Positions 1-11,675 are shown, counted from the first letter of the stretch. The stretch is 64,000 bases of DNA from Vulcanimicrobiota bacterium (GCA_963812155.1 CAWETW010000005.1:1-64000), one strand, 5' to 3'. Made by a program: numbers and translations. Notes: a model not told the origin generated them from the sequence alone.

Positions 1-1079
1 GTAGGTCACCACGTTGTTGACGGTCTGCGGATTGATACGTACGGCCGCGACGGCACCGTGGAACGTACGGTTCGGATATGCCAGCACCGTGAAGCCCACC
101 GTGTCGCCGGCTTTGACGTTGCCGATATCGGGTTCGGCAACGTTGATGTCGACTTGCATTTTCGTAAGATCTTGTGCGATGGAAAAGAGCGTGGGCGTCT
201 GCAGCGATGCCGCAACCGTCTGGCCGACCGACACGTCGCGCGACGACCGTTCCATCGACCGGAGACGTGATCACGCCGTGGGCGAGGTTGAGTCCGTCCT
301 GCTGTACGACGGCATTTGCCGATCCGATGGCCGCATCGGCGGCTTGTGCGCGGCCGCTTGCGCTTGTGCGGTCGAGCCGTTTTGGCCGACGGTCGCCGCA
401 CTGGCGGCAGCCTGTGCGTTGGCCTGCGCGACGGCCGCTTGCGCCGCCGCGACGTCAGCGACATCCTGAGCGACGTTGAGGCGATCGGTGTCGACGGTGG
501 ATTGCGCGACGTATCCTTGCGCGAGCAGCGCCGAATCGCGCCGATGCATTTTCTGGGCGAGCACCGAGGCGGCTTGCGCCTTACCGACGTTCGCCTGCGC
601 CGCAGCGGTGGCAGCTTTGCCGGCGGCGCTGTTGGCTACGGCGACGCTCACACCCGACGCGGCCGCGCCCGCGTTCGCCTGCGCTTGCGCCGCTTGGGCT
701 TGCGCCTGCGCGAGCGATGCTTTCGCCTGCGCGAGTTGCGCCGAAAACGTGCTCGGATCGAGGCGAGCGAGAACTTGTCCCCGCTTCACCTTGCTGTTGT
801 AGTCAACGTAAATCGCCGAAATCGTCCCCAGAGGCTTGCGTGCCCACCGAAATGTTGTTCTGCGGATTCACCGTTCCCGAAGCGGTCACGCTTTGCACGG
901 CCGATCGCCACCGGTGCGGTGACATACGAAACCGTCGAACGCACGCGGACGACGACTCCCGCCGTCGCTGCGATTGCGACGGCGACGGCCAACGCGATTG
1001 CGGCGATGAGCCAGCGGGGCAAGCCTGCCGTTATCGCTCGAATGGTGGCGCCTGGTTGAGTCAGGATCGTGGTTGCCAT
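1..1079 (-). CDS. RND/HlyD-family efflux periplasmic adaptor subunit (partial at window edge, apparent frameshifts)
   Basis: N-terminal TM anchor, then VTASGTVNPQNNISVG, VKRGQVLARLDP, an Ala/Gln coiled coil and KMQVDINVAEPDIG. These pieces are spread over ORFs 786-1079, 271-789 and the edge frame. Confidence 0.85.
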
Positions 1080-1123
1080 AACGCTTACGAGCGTAGGCCG
1101 TGCGTCGGACTACTTTCCTGAGA

Positions 1124-1155
1124 AACCTGACACGTCAGGTTAACCAGCGATTAAC
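1124..1155. promoter_or_regulatory. Candidate regulator sites upstream of the efflux adaptor
   Basis: Palindrome AACCTGA-CACG-TCAGGTT (1124-1141) overlapping TTAAC direct repeats at 11-bp spacing (1140, 1151), resembling OmpR-family sites. Confidence 0.35.
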
Positions 1156-1172
1156 GGCAGTTCAAATCAGAG

Positions 1173-1796
1173 TTAGAGCGATTGCGCGAACGCTTCGGCG
1201 AGCGCAGCGTCGTCGCTAGAGGTTCGCGAACCCCGGCGCGCCGCACGTCGTCGGAAAAGAATTCTACCCTGGAACGCGGGGAGTGGCGAATTCGTTGCGG
1301 CGAGACTGCTTGCGGCCGCGTAACCTGGATCGTGCGACTGTGGAGAGAAGAGGTTGGATTTTCCGTCGACCAGCGAACCGATGGTGGAGTCCGGCGACGC
1401 GAACTCGCTCGGTGGGTTCAACGCACTGCTACGTGACAAGCATGCCGGTCCATTCCAGGCGGAACCGGATAGCAGAGGTAGGCGGTCATCAGATGCCAGC
1501 GATATCCTCGGTACGGAAACGCCGGCGGCGGCGGAGCAGAGGCGGCCGGGTGAATAACCGGTAAAATGTTGCGGCTCCATTTTTTGCGGCGGCGTTACTC
1601 GCAGCGGCTCGACGATGTCGTGGAGAGGGAATCTCGGCGGGCGCCGGATTGCCGAAACCGCCGGGAGCGATCGGGTGAGGAGCCGGCGCTGCCGGTCGAG
1701 AGCAGCCGCCCCGCCTCCCGGATGGGCTGCGAGCGTGACCGCGGGCTGGGCCGCTGCGAATGCGAAGGCCGCGGCGAACGCGAGAATGCGGTTCAC
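1173..1796 (-). CDS. Hypothetical secreted protein (may contain indels)
   Basis: GTG start followed by signal-peptide-like MNRILAFAAAFAFAAAQPAVTLA; no family recognised. Confidence 0.45.
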   Translation of the reverse strand: MNRILAFAAAFAFAAAQPAVTLAAHPGGGAAALDRQRRLLTRSLPAVSAIRRPPRFPLHDIVEPLRVTPPQKMEPQHFTGYSPGRLCSAAAGVSVPRISLASDDRLPLLSGSAWNGPACLSRSSALNPPSEFASPDSTIGSLVDGKSNLFSPQSHDPGYAAASSLAATNSPLPAFQGRILFRRRAARRGSRTSSDDAALAEAFAQSL

Positions 1797-1978
1797 AATG
1801 AAACGGCTTCTGACGCGCTCGCGGTATCTCCCCCGCGCTTGACGGCGCCGCGCAACGGCGCCCGGCGCAGCCGTTTGGGCAGGGAAACGAGCCGGTCTCG
1901 CGGGATTTCCTACGGTCGCGCTCACGCGCACTTTCGGCTACTACCGTCGCTGCCCGCCATCGCTAAAGGAAGTTCTTC

Positions 1979-3438
1979 TTGAAAACGCTGTTCCTGAGTC
2001 CTCCCTCTTTGACGGCTTTGACGGCGGCGCCGGGGCGCGATACCAGGCGAAGCGTGAAGTGACCTCGTTCTGGTATCCGACATGGCTGGCACAGCCCGCC
2101 GCCCTCGTCCCCGGCAGCACGCTGGTGGACGCGGCTCCGCACGGCCAGACGATCGAGGACGTTCTCGAGATCGCCAAAGACCACGACCTGGCCATCATGC
2201 ACACGAGTACGCCGTCGCTGCCCAACGACGTCGAGTGCGCGCGCCGGCTCAAAGCGCAAAATCCCAACCTCAAAGTCGGTTTTATCGGCGCGCACGTTGC
2301 GGTGCTTCCCGAGCAAACGCTGCGCGACAACGAAATTATCGATTTCGTTTGCCGCAACGAATTCGATTACACGTGCAAGGAACTGGCCGAAGGGCGTCCG
2401 TGGAACGAGATTCTCGGCCTCTCCTATCGCGACGTAAACGGCGAACTCAAACGCACCGAGGAGCGTCCGCAGATCGCCGATTGGGACGCGATGCCGAGCG
2501 TCCTCCCGATCTATGCGAAGTTCCTCGACGTCACGAAATATTACAACGGCTATCTCTTGCACCCGTACGTTTCGTGGTATACGGGTCGCGGCTGCACGGC
2601 AAAATGCACGTTTTGCCTGTGGCCGCAAACCATCGGCGGACACGTGTTCCGTCACAAGAGCCCGGAAGCCGTCGGCCGCGATCTCGACGAAGCCAAAGCC
2701 ATCTTCGGTTCGACAGTGCGCGAGTACATGTTCGACGACGATACGCTGACCAACGAAAAAGATTACGCGATCGCGCTCAGCAAGCACATGAAACGGTTGA
2801 AGTTGAGCTGGGCGTGCAACGCGCGCGCACACGTCGACTACGATACGCTCAAGACTCTTCGCGACAACGGTCTGCGCGTGCTGCTCGTCGGTTTCGAGTC
2901 GGGCAACCAAGAGATTCTCTATCGAATCAAAAAAGGTCTCAAGCTCGATATGGCGCGCAAGTTCATGAAGAACTGCCACAAACTCGGCATCAAAGTGCAC
3001 GGCACGTTCATCATCGGTTTGCCGGTCGATACGCCGGAAACCGTTCGCGAAACGATCGAGTTCGCGAAAGAGCTCGATCCGCACACGATTCAGGTTTCCA
3101 TCGCCTCACCCTACCCCGGCACCGAACTCTACGATCAGGCCTTGGCCAACGGCTGGTTCGCGCGCGACGACTTGGTTTCCGGAGGCGGCATCCAAACCTC
3201 GACGCTGCGCTACGATACGCTTTCGACCGCCGAGATCGAAGACTCGGTGGAGCGAATGTATCGCGAGTTCTACTTCCGGCCGAAAAAGATCGCCAAGATC
3301 GTCGCCGAGATGGTCACGAGCCGGCATATGATGGCGCGCCGCTTGCGCGAGGGCGGTGAGTTTTTCGGTTATCTGCGCGAAAGGCGGGCGCAGGCCGGTC
3401 AACGCAGGCTCGAAACGGCGTCGCTCAGCCCCTCGTAG
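1979..3438 (+). CDS. hpnJ: Hopanoid biosynthesis-associated radical SAM protein HpnJ (1-bp deletion near 2009)
   Basis: SD AAAGGA, then TTG MKTLFLSPPS(F)DGFDGGAGARYQAKREVTSFWYPTWLAQPAA, the typical HpnJ N-terminus once one T is restored in the TCTTT run; CxxxCxxC motif CTAKCTFC; hpnI nearby. Confidence 0.9.
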
Positions 3439-4648
3439 TTCCCTCGAGTTGCCGGGCGGACGCGATCGTTTCGTCCAGCATGTTGCGTTGAAATGCGATC
3501 ATGTCGGGAGCGTGCGAGAACCGCGCGTCGGTTCGATGATCGGTGAGGCGATGACGTGCGCCGTCGGCGGTCACCATGCCGCGTTTTTTTAGCGTCTCTA
3601 AGGCGCGGCCGACCGCGGCCTGCGGGTCGGCGCGCAGCTCCGGATCGACGAAAATATTCGGCGGCAACGAGCCGAGCCGTGCGCGCACGTCGCGTTGCGC
3701 ATCCTCGAGCGTGAATGCCGGCGGTGCATCGATTAGAAACGTTGCTAACATCGCGGAAGTCGTAACCGGACGCGCCGCTGCGAGCGACGTGCCGATGGCG
3801 GCGCTGCCTGCATACGGAAGAACGCGATACAACATCGACAGGCGGCCCGGCGCAAAGGGATCGTAGGCGACCGCGCATAGCCAGAGATCGGCGAACGGGG
3901 CGAGCGCCTCGACGATCCCCTTGCGCATGAAGCGCATGCGGCCGTCGCGACTGAAATCGCCTTCGGGCGTAACGTAAAAGGTTGCACCCGTTCGCACGCG
4001 TTCGACGATTGCGGCGACGTCTTGTTCGGCAACCGCGCGGAGATTCTCGAGCACTTCGCGCCGGAAGGGCGGCTTGAGTTGAGCGATCCTCACCCAGCCC
4101 TGCGCTCGCACGAAGTATTCAAGCTCCCACAGGTCGCTCAGAGAACGGCCTTCCAGCCCCAGCGATGCGACCGTTTCGTCCGGCAAGATCGTGTCGAGCG
4201 TGACGTCTCCGTGTGCGGCGAGGATTTCTTCGGCCAAACTGATGAGCGGCCGTGACGAGAGATGATTTTCAATCGGCAAGATGCTGTAACGCGCCCACAG
4301 GCCGCTGAGATTGACGCCGCGCGTGAAACGCGCGCTTCCGGGAAGGCGTGCGGCGATGAATCCCGTTTCGAACGTTCGGCGCGAGTTGCACATGACCAGC
4401 GGCTTCCACGGATGGAGAAAGAAGGTGCGCGCGGTAATGGTCTCACCTTCGTCCATGTGCTGGTGGTTCGTAACCAACACCGTCGCGCCGCGGCGCGCGG
4501 GTAAACGCCCCCATTGCCGCACGCGAATCTTGAACGTGAGGTAAAGCTGGCGCACTCCATAGGTGAACGCCATCATCACCCAACTCGGCTTTATCCGCCG
4601 AAGGGTTTCGGTGCGCGCGCGAGCCTTGGGCCGAACGGGATTGGTCAA
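3425..4648 (-). CDS. PlsC/GPAT-superfamily acyltransferase-like protein
   Basis: HX4D-type motif VTNHQHMDE and block III YVTPEGDFSRDG; 407-aa ORF. Confidence 0.65.
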   Translation of the reverse strand: MTNPVRPKARARTETLRRIKPSWVMMAFTYGVRQLYLTFKIRVRQWGRLPARRGATVLVTNHQHMDEGETITARTFFLHPWKPLVMCNSRRTFETGFIAARLPGSARFTRGVNLSGLWARYSILPIENHLSSRPLISLAEEILAAHGDVTLDTILPDETVASLGLEGRSLSDLWELEYFVRAQGWVRIAQLKPPFRREVLENLRAVAEQDVAAIVERVRTGATFYVTPEGDFSRDGRMRFMRKGIVEALAPFADLWLCAVAYDPFAPGRLSMLYRVLPYAGSAAIGTSLAAARPVTTSAMLATFLIDAPPAFTLEDAQRDVRARLGSLPPNIFVDPELRADPQAAVGRALETLKKRGMVTADGARHRLTDHRTDARFSHAPDMIAFQRNMLDETIASARQLEGTTRG

Positions 4649-4712
4649 CCGTAACGGATTTCTTGCCGGGTTGCATCAAGGCCCGCCTGTTCGAACTCCC
4701 GAAGATCGCGGC

Positions 4713-5855
4713 GTGAAGATCGCCCGGATTCTGGCGAGCGCCTTTGACGTTGCCGCGATCGCAGCAATCGGTTACGCCGCGGTCGCAATCGCATGCTCCG
4801 CGCGTTTCGGTAGACGCGAACGCGACCCGGATGCCGCAGGCGAGTTGCCGGCGGTGAGCTTACTCGTGCCGCTGCACGGCGCCGAGCCCCTTCTCGAGGA
4901 AAATTTGCGCGCCTTTGCGCTGCAGGACTACCCTGTATGCCAACTCGTCTTGGGCGTCGCACGCGCCGACGACGGCGCGTTGCCGATCGCGCAACGCGTT
5001 GCGGCGGAGTTTCCCGACCGCAACATTCAGATCGACGTCGGTGAAGTCCGCGGCGCTCGGAATCCCAAAATTGCGAACGTGCTCTCGATGATGCGCCTCG
5101 TGCGCCACCCGGTATTGATCCTGGCCGACAGCGACACGCGCGTCGATCCAAAGTACGTTCGTTCGGTCACCGCGCCTCTCGCCGATCCAAAAGTGGGCGC
5201 CGTCACGTGCTTGTTTGCGGGCGTTGGCGACGGCACGTTCTCATCGGAACTCGGTGCGATGTTCATGAACGACCAATTCATCCCGTCGGTGCTCGTCAAT
5301 CAGTTCTGCGGCGCGACGCAGCACTGTTTGGGACCGACGAACGCGTTTCGATCCTCCGTTCTCGCCGGCATCGGCGGGTTCGAGGCGCTCGCACCGCATC
5401 TCGCCGACGACTTCATGCTCGGGAATTTCATTGCGGCGCGCGGTCTGGGCGTCGTGATCTCGCAGTACGTCGTACGGACGATGGTTTCGGATTCCAGTCT
5501 GCCGGTGCTCTGGAATCACGAGTTGCGGTGGCACCGGACGATTCGAGGCGTGCAGCCCGCCGGTTACGCCGGAATGTTTCTCACCTATCCCGTGCCGCTC
5601 GCGCTGCTGGCGTTTCTCCTCGCGCCGAGTCCGAGGCGGACGGCGACGCTTCTTGCAGCGGTGTTGGCGCGAATTACGTTGCAACGCGTTTCTGCGCGCG
5701 CGCTCGGCGTCGCGTCCGCCCCGGCATGGCTCGCGCTGCCGCGCGACCTGTTCGGGCTTTCGGTATGGATCTGCGGCCTCGCCGGAAAAGCGGTCCGATG
5801 GCGCGGAGCGGAACTGCACATCGAATCGGGCGACGTGCTCTCCGAACGGCCCTAG
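4713..5855 (+). CDS. hpnI: Bacteriohopanetetrol glucosamine biosynthesis glycosyltransferase HpnI (GT2/ceramide glucosyltransferase-like)
   Basis: VSLLVPLHG, NPKIANV, LADSD, LADDFMLG and HELRWHRTIR motifs; adjacent to hpnJ. Confidence 0.85.
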   Translation: MKIARILASAFDVAAIAAIGYAAVAIACSARFGRRERDPDAAGELPAVSLLVPLHGAEPLLEENLRAFALQDYPVCQLVLGVARADDGALPIAQRVAAEFPDRNIQIDVGEVRGARNPKIANVLSMMRLVRHPVLILADSDTRVDPKYVRSVTAPLADPKVGAVTCLFAGVGDGTFSSELGAMFMNDQFIPSVLVNQFCGATQHCLGPTNAFRSSVLAGIGGFEALAPHLADDFMLGNFIAARGLGVVISQYVVRTMVSDSSLPVLWNHELRWHRTIRGVQPAGYAGMFLTYPVPLALLAFLLAPSPRRTATLLAAVLARITLQRVSARALGVASAPAWLALPRDLFGLSVWICGLAGKAVRWRGAELHIESGDVLSERP

Positions 5856-5867
5856 GGCGACTCCGAA

Positions 5868-7868
5868 CTACGGCGGCAGTTGTTCCGCACGCGTCACCGG
5901 CAGCACGACGCGCATGCTGGTGCCGCAGCCCGGCTGGCTGTCGAGGCTCACGTCGACGGCCAACGACGCGATGAGGAAAAGTCCGCGCCCCGTTTCGCTG
6001 AGCGAATCCGCGGGAAGCATTTCGGCGAATCGTGCCAGACCCGGCCCGCCGTCACGGACGGTGATCGCGGGCCGCGCGCCGGTCCAGTCAATGTCCACGT
6101 CCACCACTCCGGGTGCGTGTTCGACCGTATTGGCCAGCACTTCTCCGACGATGAGTTCGGCGCGGAACATATCGCCCTCGTCCGGCGCAAAATATCGCAT
6201 GAAGCGGGCGATGTCGCGCCGCACGGCGTGAGCGTCGTGCGAACTGCGTGAATCGTAGCGCCACGACTTTCGCAGTGCGACGCTCAACTGCGCGACCAAC
6301 AAGACGGTATCGTCGGACGGGCGTTCGTCGCCCATAACGCACCGTTGCACGAACGCGGCCGGACGTTCGGCCGGCGTGTCCTCGACCAAACGCGTCATGG
6401 CGAGCAGCATCGCCGATTCGGCGCCGTCGATGTTGCGCCGGAACTCCGTCAGTCCGTCGGTATAGAAGAGCACGGCGGCGTCTCGCTCGAGCGTAACGTG
6501 ATGCGTCTGCGATGCCAGCGGCATGCCGACGCCGAACGGCAAGCCGCCGTACGCGAGCGAACGCGCGGGCGTGTTCGGTCCTGCGATGACCGGAGGCGGA
6601 TGGCCCGCGCTGGCATAGCTCATCGTCGAGAGATCTTTGCTGAGAATCGCCACGACCGCCGTCGCCGGCGCGTCGTCGCGCGAGCGCATCAGGCGGTCGG
6701 CCATAAGAAGAATGTCGGCGGGGTCGTCGGTCTGGAATGCCGCCGCAAAAATGCTCTGACGAAGCCGCGCGGCGATGACGGCGGCCTCCAGCCCGTGTCC
6801 GGTGACGTCACCGATCGAAAAAACGATCCGTCCGTCGGGAAGATCGAACGCGTCATACCAGTCGCCGCCGATCAACGCCTCCCGCTCGGCCGCGATGTAG
6901 ATGACGTCGCATTGCAGGCCGAAGCGTTGCGGCAGCGTTTCGGGAACGAACGCGGCCTGCAGCGTTTCGGCCGACCTCTTGGCTTGATCGAGCATCGTCT
7001 GCAGGTCCACGCGCGCTGCACGGCGCTCGGCCGTCACCGCGGCCAGAATCATGCCGGTGAAGGCCAGAATGGACACCCAGCTGTCGAGCTGCATGATGCG
7101 ATAGTCGAGCGATCCGTGCGTCCACGGGCCGAGGCCGTGCGTGGTCGCCCAAATCGCAAAGGCGCAGACGACCGCAATCGCAATGGTGGCTTCGCGCTGA
7201 CGGAATCGCAGCGCAATCCACAGCACGAACGGATAGACCGACAGTCGCAGCGGCGCGTCGCTGACGAACGACGCCCACGTGACCAAGACGAGCGCGATGC
7301 CGAGCGCGGCGAGTTCGAGCGGTTCGCCGGCGTCGGGCAGCTTTCGGTGCGGCGTGCGAAACAACGTCACGATCACCGGGGCGATCAGCAGCGCGCCCGT
7401 CGCGTCGCCCGCCCACCATACCCACCATACCGGCATAAAATGGTTCCATGCGACGATGTGCGCGAGCGCGAGATTGACGACGCCGTTGGTGGCCGAGATC
7501 GTCATGGCGACGGCGATGGCGAGCGCCAGAACGAGCACGTCGCGCACGCGTTCGATGGCCACCTGGAATCCGCCGAACCTCTCGAGCAAAAACGCAGCGC
7601 CGAGGGGCGCGAGCGTGTTTCCGGTTGCAATGGCCGCGGCGGTCCACACCGGTTCGGCGCTGACCGCATTGCTTGCGAACGCGCCGATCCAAACTCCCGG
7701 CCAGACGCGGTATCCCCAGATCAGGAACGCCGCTAGCGCGATTCCCGTCGGGGGCCACACGGCGGTAACCTGTTTGGTCGTAAACGCCAGCGTGAAGCCG
7801 AGTTTCGCGCCCGCGACGTACGCAATTGCGACGAGCAGCGAGATCGCGACGGTGCGGCGCACGGTCAA
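5868..7868 (-). CDS. MASE1 membrane sensor - SpoIIE/PP2C phosphatase - HATPase_c (RsbW-like) fusion
   Basis: MASE1 ([22 protein letters not shown]), PP2C ([32 protein letters not shown]) and kinase ([31 protein letters not shown]). TTG start overlaps the gad stop (TTGA). Confidence 0.9.
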   Translation of the reverse strand: MTVRRTVAISLLVAIAYVAGAKLGFTLAFTTKQVTAVWPPTGIALAAFLIWGYRVWPGVWIGAFASNAVSAEPVWTAAAIATGNTLAPLGAAFLLERFGGFQVAIERVRDVLVLALAIAVAMTISATNGVVNLALAHIVAWNHFMPVWWVWWAGDATGALLIAPVIVTLFRTPHRKLPDAGEPLELAALGIALVLVTWASFVSDAPLRLSVYPFVLWIALRFRQREATIAIAVVCAFAIWATTHGLGPWTHGSLDYRIMQLDSWVSILAFTGMILAAVTAERRAARVDLQTMLDQAKRSAETLQAAFVPETLPQRFGLQCDVIYIAAEREALIGGDWYDAFDLPDGRIVFSIGDVTGHGLEAAVIAARLRQSIFAAAFQTDDPADILLMADRLMRSRDDAPATAVVAILSKDLSTMSYASAGHPPPVIAGPNTPARSLAYGGLPFGVGMPLASQTHHVTLERDAAVLFYTDGLTEFRRNIDGAESAMLLAMTRLVEDTPAERPAAFVQRCVMGDERPSDDTVLLVAQLSVALRKSWRYDSRSSHDAHAVRRDIARFMRYFAPDEGDMFRAELIVGEVLANTVEHAPGVVDVDIDWTGARPAITVRDGGPGLARFAEMLPADSLSETGRGLFLIASLAVDVSLDSQPGCGTSMRVVLPVTRAEQLPP

Positions 7869-9292
7869 CCCGCCGGAGCCGTCACTTTCGAACGAGCGTG
7901 ATGGTCGTGCGATGCACCCTCTTGCGCAGTCATGGGCGTGGTGATCGGGTGCGCTTCGAAGTACTCCAGCGACCGCCGGACGTCGGCGAGTAAACCATCG
8001 GCTAAGTCGAGACTGAATCCGTGACGGATCAGAACGCGCATCACTGCCATGTCTTGGATGTTCGGCACCATCGTGTAGGCGGCGATTTGCCAGCCGCGCG
8101 CGCGCAGGCGATCGGAGAGATCGAAGAGCGAGAAACCGCCGGCGCCTTGGCGCATCGTCCACGAAACTGCCGGGATGCCGCTGCGGCTGTCGCCATCGTA
8201 TAACACCTCGAACGGGCCGATTTTTTCGATGCGGCGCGCAAAATGCTGCGCGATGTCGTAGCAGTGTTGATGGATACGACGGTAGCCGTCTATGCCCAGA
8301 CGCAGCATCAGGTAGTATTGGCAGACGACTTGTCCGCCCGGCCGCGAGAAGTTCAGCGCAAATGTGGGCATGTCGCCGCCGAGATAGTTCACGTGGAAGA
8401 CCAGGTCGTCGGGCAGATCGCGCGCCTCTCGCCAAATCACCCAGCCGACGCCGAGCGGAGCCAGCCCGAACTTGTGCCCGGACGTGTTGATCGAGCGCAC
8501 GCGCGGCAAGCGAAAATCCCAGAGCAAGTCGGGCTGAACGAACGGCGCGATGAACCCGCCCGATGCCGCATCGACGTGAATCGGCACGTCGAGCCCCTTG
8601 GAGCGTTCGAGCTCGTCGAGCGCTTCGGCAATCTGGGCGACCGGCTCGTACTGGCAGGTGAACGTCACGCCGAGCGTCGGCACGACGCCGATCGTGTTTT
8701 CGTCGACGCGGGCGAGCACGTCGGCGGGCGTCATGACGAGGCGATCGCGCTCCAGCGGCACCTCGCGCAGCTCGACGTCGAAATAGCGCGCGAATTTGTG
8801 CCAGCAGACTTGCACCGGTCCCGTGATGAGGTTCGGCTTGTCGCTGGGCTTGCCGGCCTCGGCGCGGCGTTTGCGCCATTTCCATTTAAGTGCGAGTCCG
8901 GCGAGCATCGCGGCTTCGCTCGATCCCGTCGTCGAACATCCGATGGTTGTGCCGGCCTTCGGAGAGTTCCATAAGTGTGCGAGGATGTGCACGCACCGGT
9001 TCTCGATCTCGGCGGTGGCGGGATACTCGTCCTTGTCGATCATGTTCTTATCGAGGCTGAGGTCCATCAGCCGGTGGATGCCGTCATCGAACCACGTCTG
9101 GCAGAACGTCGCGAGATTCTGGCGGGCGTTGCCGTCGAGCATGAGTTCGTCGGCCACGAGCTGATAGGCAACGTCAGGCCGCAATCCGTGCGCGGGCACT
9201 CGGTGCTTGGGGATCGCCGCGTCCATCGCGGGCGTCGCGAATGTATCTTCTTCGCATCGCTCGGAAGCGTGCGTCTGCGGGTGTAGGGGCAC
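7865..9292 (-). CDS. gadB: Glutamate decarboxylase (PLP-dependent)
   Basis: [48 protein letters not shown] and PLP lysine in [10 protein letters not shown]. Confidence 0.95.
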   Translation of the reverse strand: MPLHPQTHASERCEEDTFATPAMDAAIPKHRVPAHGLRPDVAYQLVADELMLDGNARQNLATFCQTWFDDGIHRLMDLSLDKNMIDKDEYPATAEIENRCVHILAHLWNSPKAGTTIGCSTTGSSEAAMLAGLALKWKWRKRRAEAGKPSDKPNLITGPVQVCWHKFARYFDVELREVPLERDRLVMTPADVLARVDENTIGVVPTLGVTFTCQYEPVAQIAEALDELERSKGLDVPIHVDAASGGFIAPFVQPDLLWDFRLPRVRSINTSGHKFGLAPLGVGWVIWREARDLPDDLVFHVNYLGGDMPTFALNFSRPGGQVVCQYYLMLRLGIDGYRRIHQHCYDIAQHFARRIEKIGPFEVLYDGDSRSGIPAVSWTMRQGAGGFSLFDLSDRLRARGWQIAAYTMVPNIQDMAVMRVLIRHGFSLDLADGLLADVRRSLEYFEAHPITTPMTAQEGASHDHHARSKVTAPAG

Positions 9293-9342
9293 GATCTACC
9301 TCCTCGGGAGACCCCTCCTTCGAATGCGGGTCGGAGGTTCCC

Positions 9343-10059
9343 TTAAAAATAGACCTTCGTTTCCCACAGTTTCAGGCAAAGGAGCGTATCGACGGGCTGG
9401 CTCGCCAATGCGTCGATTTCATCTTGTGTGACGTCGAACTGCACGTTGCTCGGCCAGCCGCCCCAGGCCATCGGGAACGGAATCGGAACGCGCACGTAGT
9501 GGTATTGATGCGTCGGCGTGCGCAATCGCAGCGCGAGTTGCAACGGCCCCCGTGCTTCGAGCGAACGGTCGGAAAAGAGCGTCGCATAGTAGGCATCCTG
9601 GTCGTTCTCGACGTCCACGGTGAACGGCACGATTGTGCCAACCGGCTTGTTGCAGACGGCCGACGCCTTGTCGAAAAGCACGAACGTCGGCGCCACGTAG
9701 GAAAACGATTGCGGCGACGCCCCGTCGATCAGCAGCGGTTCCCCCGGTGCGGGAGGTCTGGGGTCGAGCGTGACGGCGATGCTGCGGCTGAGCTCCGGAA
9801 GAAAGGTGAGATATTGCGACGCGCTGCAGCCGTAGCGCGGAGCGATCAGATCGAGGCGATAGGTTCCCTGCGGCGCGTCGAACTCGACGATCTTCGGATT
9901 GTCGTCATCGCCGCGTTCGAAGTGAAACTCACGCTGAAACTGTGACGTGCCCCGACGATCCATCAAACGGACGCGCATCGCGACGGCGGTTTGTGGCGCC
10001 GTGCGCGCGATCGAGGCGCACAAGCCGACGTGCAGGACGGCATGCGCGATGCCGATCAT
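9343..10059 (-). CDS. Hypothetical protein (N-terminus uncertain)
   Basis: Protein-like ORF with normal codon usage; no family recognised. Confidence 0.6.
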   Translation of the reverse strand: MIGIAHAVLHVGLCASIARTAPQTAVAMRVRLMDRRGTSQFQREFHFERGDDDNPKIVEFDAPQGTYRLDLIAPRYGCSASQYLTFLPELSRSIAVTLDPRPPAPGEPLLIDGASPQSFSYVAPTFVLFDKASAVCNKPVGTIVPFTVDVENDQDAYYATLFSDRSLEARGPLQLALRLRTPTHQYHYVRVPIPFPMAWGGWPSNVQFDVTQDEIDALASQPVDTLLCLKLWETKVYF

Positions 10060-10071
10060 TCGATCCCTATC

Positions 10072-11675
10072 ATGACGGCGTTTCCTTCGACGGCGTTCGG
10101 CGGCGGCCCGCGAGGTGCGCGTGGCACGTCGCGCAGGACGAAGCGCCGAAGAAAACGACGCCAAGACGCCCCGACGCGGTCGTCATCACCGACAACGATT
10201 ACCTCACGCGCGAGACGCCGATGCCGCGAGCATCTGTGGACCGTCGACGCCCGACGGCACGCACGCGGCGCGGCTCACCTCGGGAACGTGGAGCGTCGTC
10301 GACGGCAGCGAACCGGTTTGGTCGCCGGACGGCACGAAGATCTACTATCAGCGCCAGCCCGACGCGATCTTCGCGCACTTCGTCGCGCAGACGACGTAGG
10401 TGCACGACGTCAAAGCCGCAACCGACGCGCCGATCGTCTATACGGGCGTTGACCGGCGATGCGCGCGTCTCGCGCCGACGGCAAAACGATTGCGCTGGCG
10501 ATTCCGCGCCACGGTTCGCTCTATCTGCAGGACGACGCGTCGATGCGCGCGCTCGCCGACGGGCGCGAGCTCTTCGATTCGCAGCGCATCGATCGCAACG
10601 TGCACGACGTTGAGTGGATGCGCCGAGCGGCGCATTGCTGATCGAGACGGCCGACGGCATTCGCAACGTCGGGTGGACGCTGAGCGCGAGCGGAACTTAG
10701 CGCAAACTCGATCTCGGCGCCGTCGACATCGTGCAGGCCGACGTGGCCGCCGGGACGGCGGCATCGCGTTCGTCGGACAGCGCCGCGACCACTTTGCGGA
10801 GATCTACTACCTTGCCGCCGGGGAGCGCGGCGCCGAAGGCGCTGACCGACGACAACCCGTGGGCGGAATCGTACGATTTCGGCAAAGTCGAAGCGTTCAT
10901 CTGGAAGACCGATATGGGCGTGCAGGCCGTCGGCGTGCTGACGTATCCGGTCGGCTACGTCGCGGGCAAGAAGTATCCGCTCGTGCTCGACATTCACGGC
11001 GGCCCCGTCTCGACGTCGACGCGGGATCTTGACCGGCATCGAAGGGACGATGGATCAAGTCTACGCGAAGCGCGGCTACTTCGTGTTCCGCCCGAACTAT
11101 CGCGGCAGCGACAATCTCGGCGACGCGTTTCTGCAGGCCATCGTCGGCGACGTTGACGAGCGGCCCCGGACGCGACAACCTCGCGGCGGTCGAGGCGCAT
11201 GCGCAAAACCGGCATGATCGACGAATCGCGCATCTTCGTATCCGGCTGGTCCGGCGGCGGCTTGCAGACGTCGTGGCTGATCGGCCACGCAGACTTTTGG
11301 CGCGCGGCGGTCACCGGCGCCGGCGTCTACGATTGGTACGAGCAAGCGGTACTGGCCGACATCAACGAAAACTTTGCGGAGACGTTTTTCGCCGGCCTTA
11401 CGCCGTTTACGAGCGCGGGGCGCGCGGCGTACGATGCCGAGTCGCCGATTACGTTCGTCGACGCCGTGAACACGCCGACGCTCATTCTCAGCGATACGCG
11501 CGATCAGCGCGTTCCGGTCTCGCAGTCCTACGTTCTGTATCACGCGCTCAAGGAGCACGGCGTGCCCGTGCAGTTTACCGCGTTTCCGCGGTACGGACAC
11601 TTTCCAACCGATCCGGTCGGTCAGGAGAGCGTCATGCGCGCCTGGACCGGCTGGATCGATCGGTGGATGAAATGA
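10072..11675 (+). CDS. S9 family (prolyl oligopeptidase/acylaminoacyl) peptidase; many indels, N-terminus apparently missing
   Basis: WSPDG propeller repeats, YPLVLDIHGGP, FRPNYRGS, nucleophile GWSGGG, D-x-RVP and FPRYGH. Confidence 0.85.

Noticed and set aside
5868..8885. 1005-aa ORF from the ORF track
   Set aside because: The first ~340 aa are an Arg-rich off-frame overlay of gadB; the real protein starts at TTG 7868.
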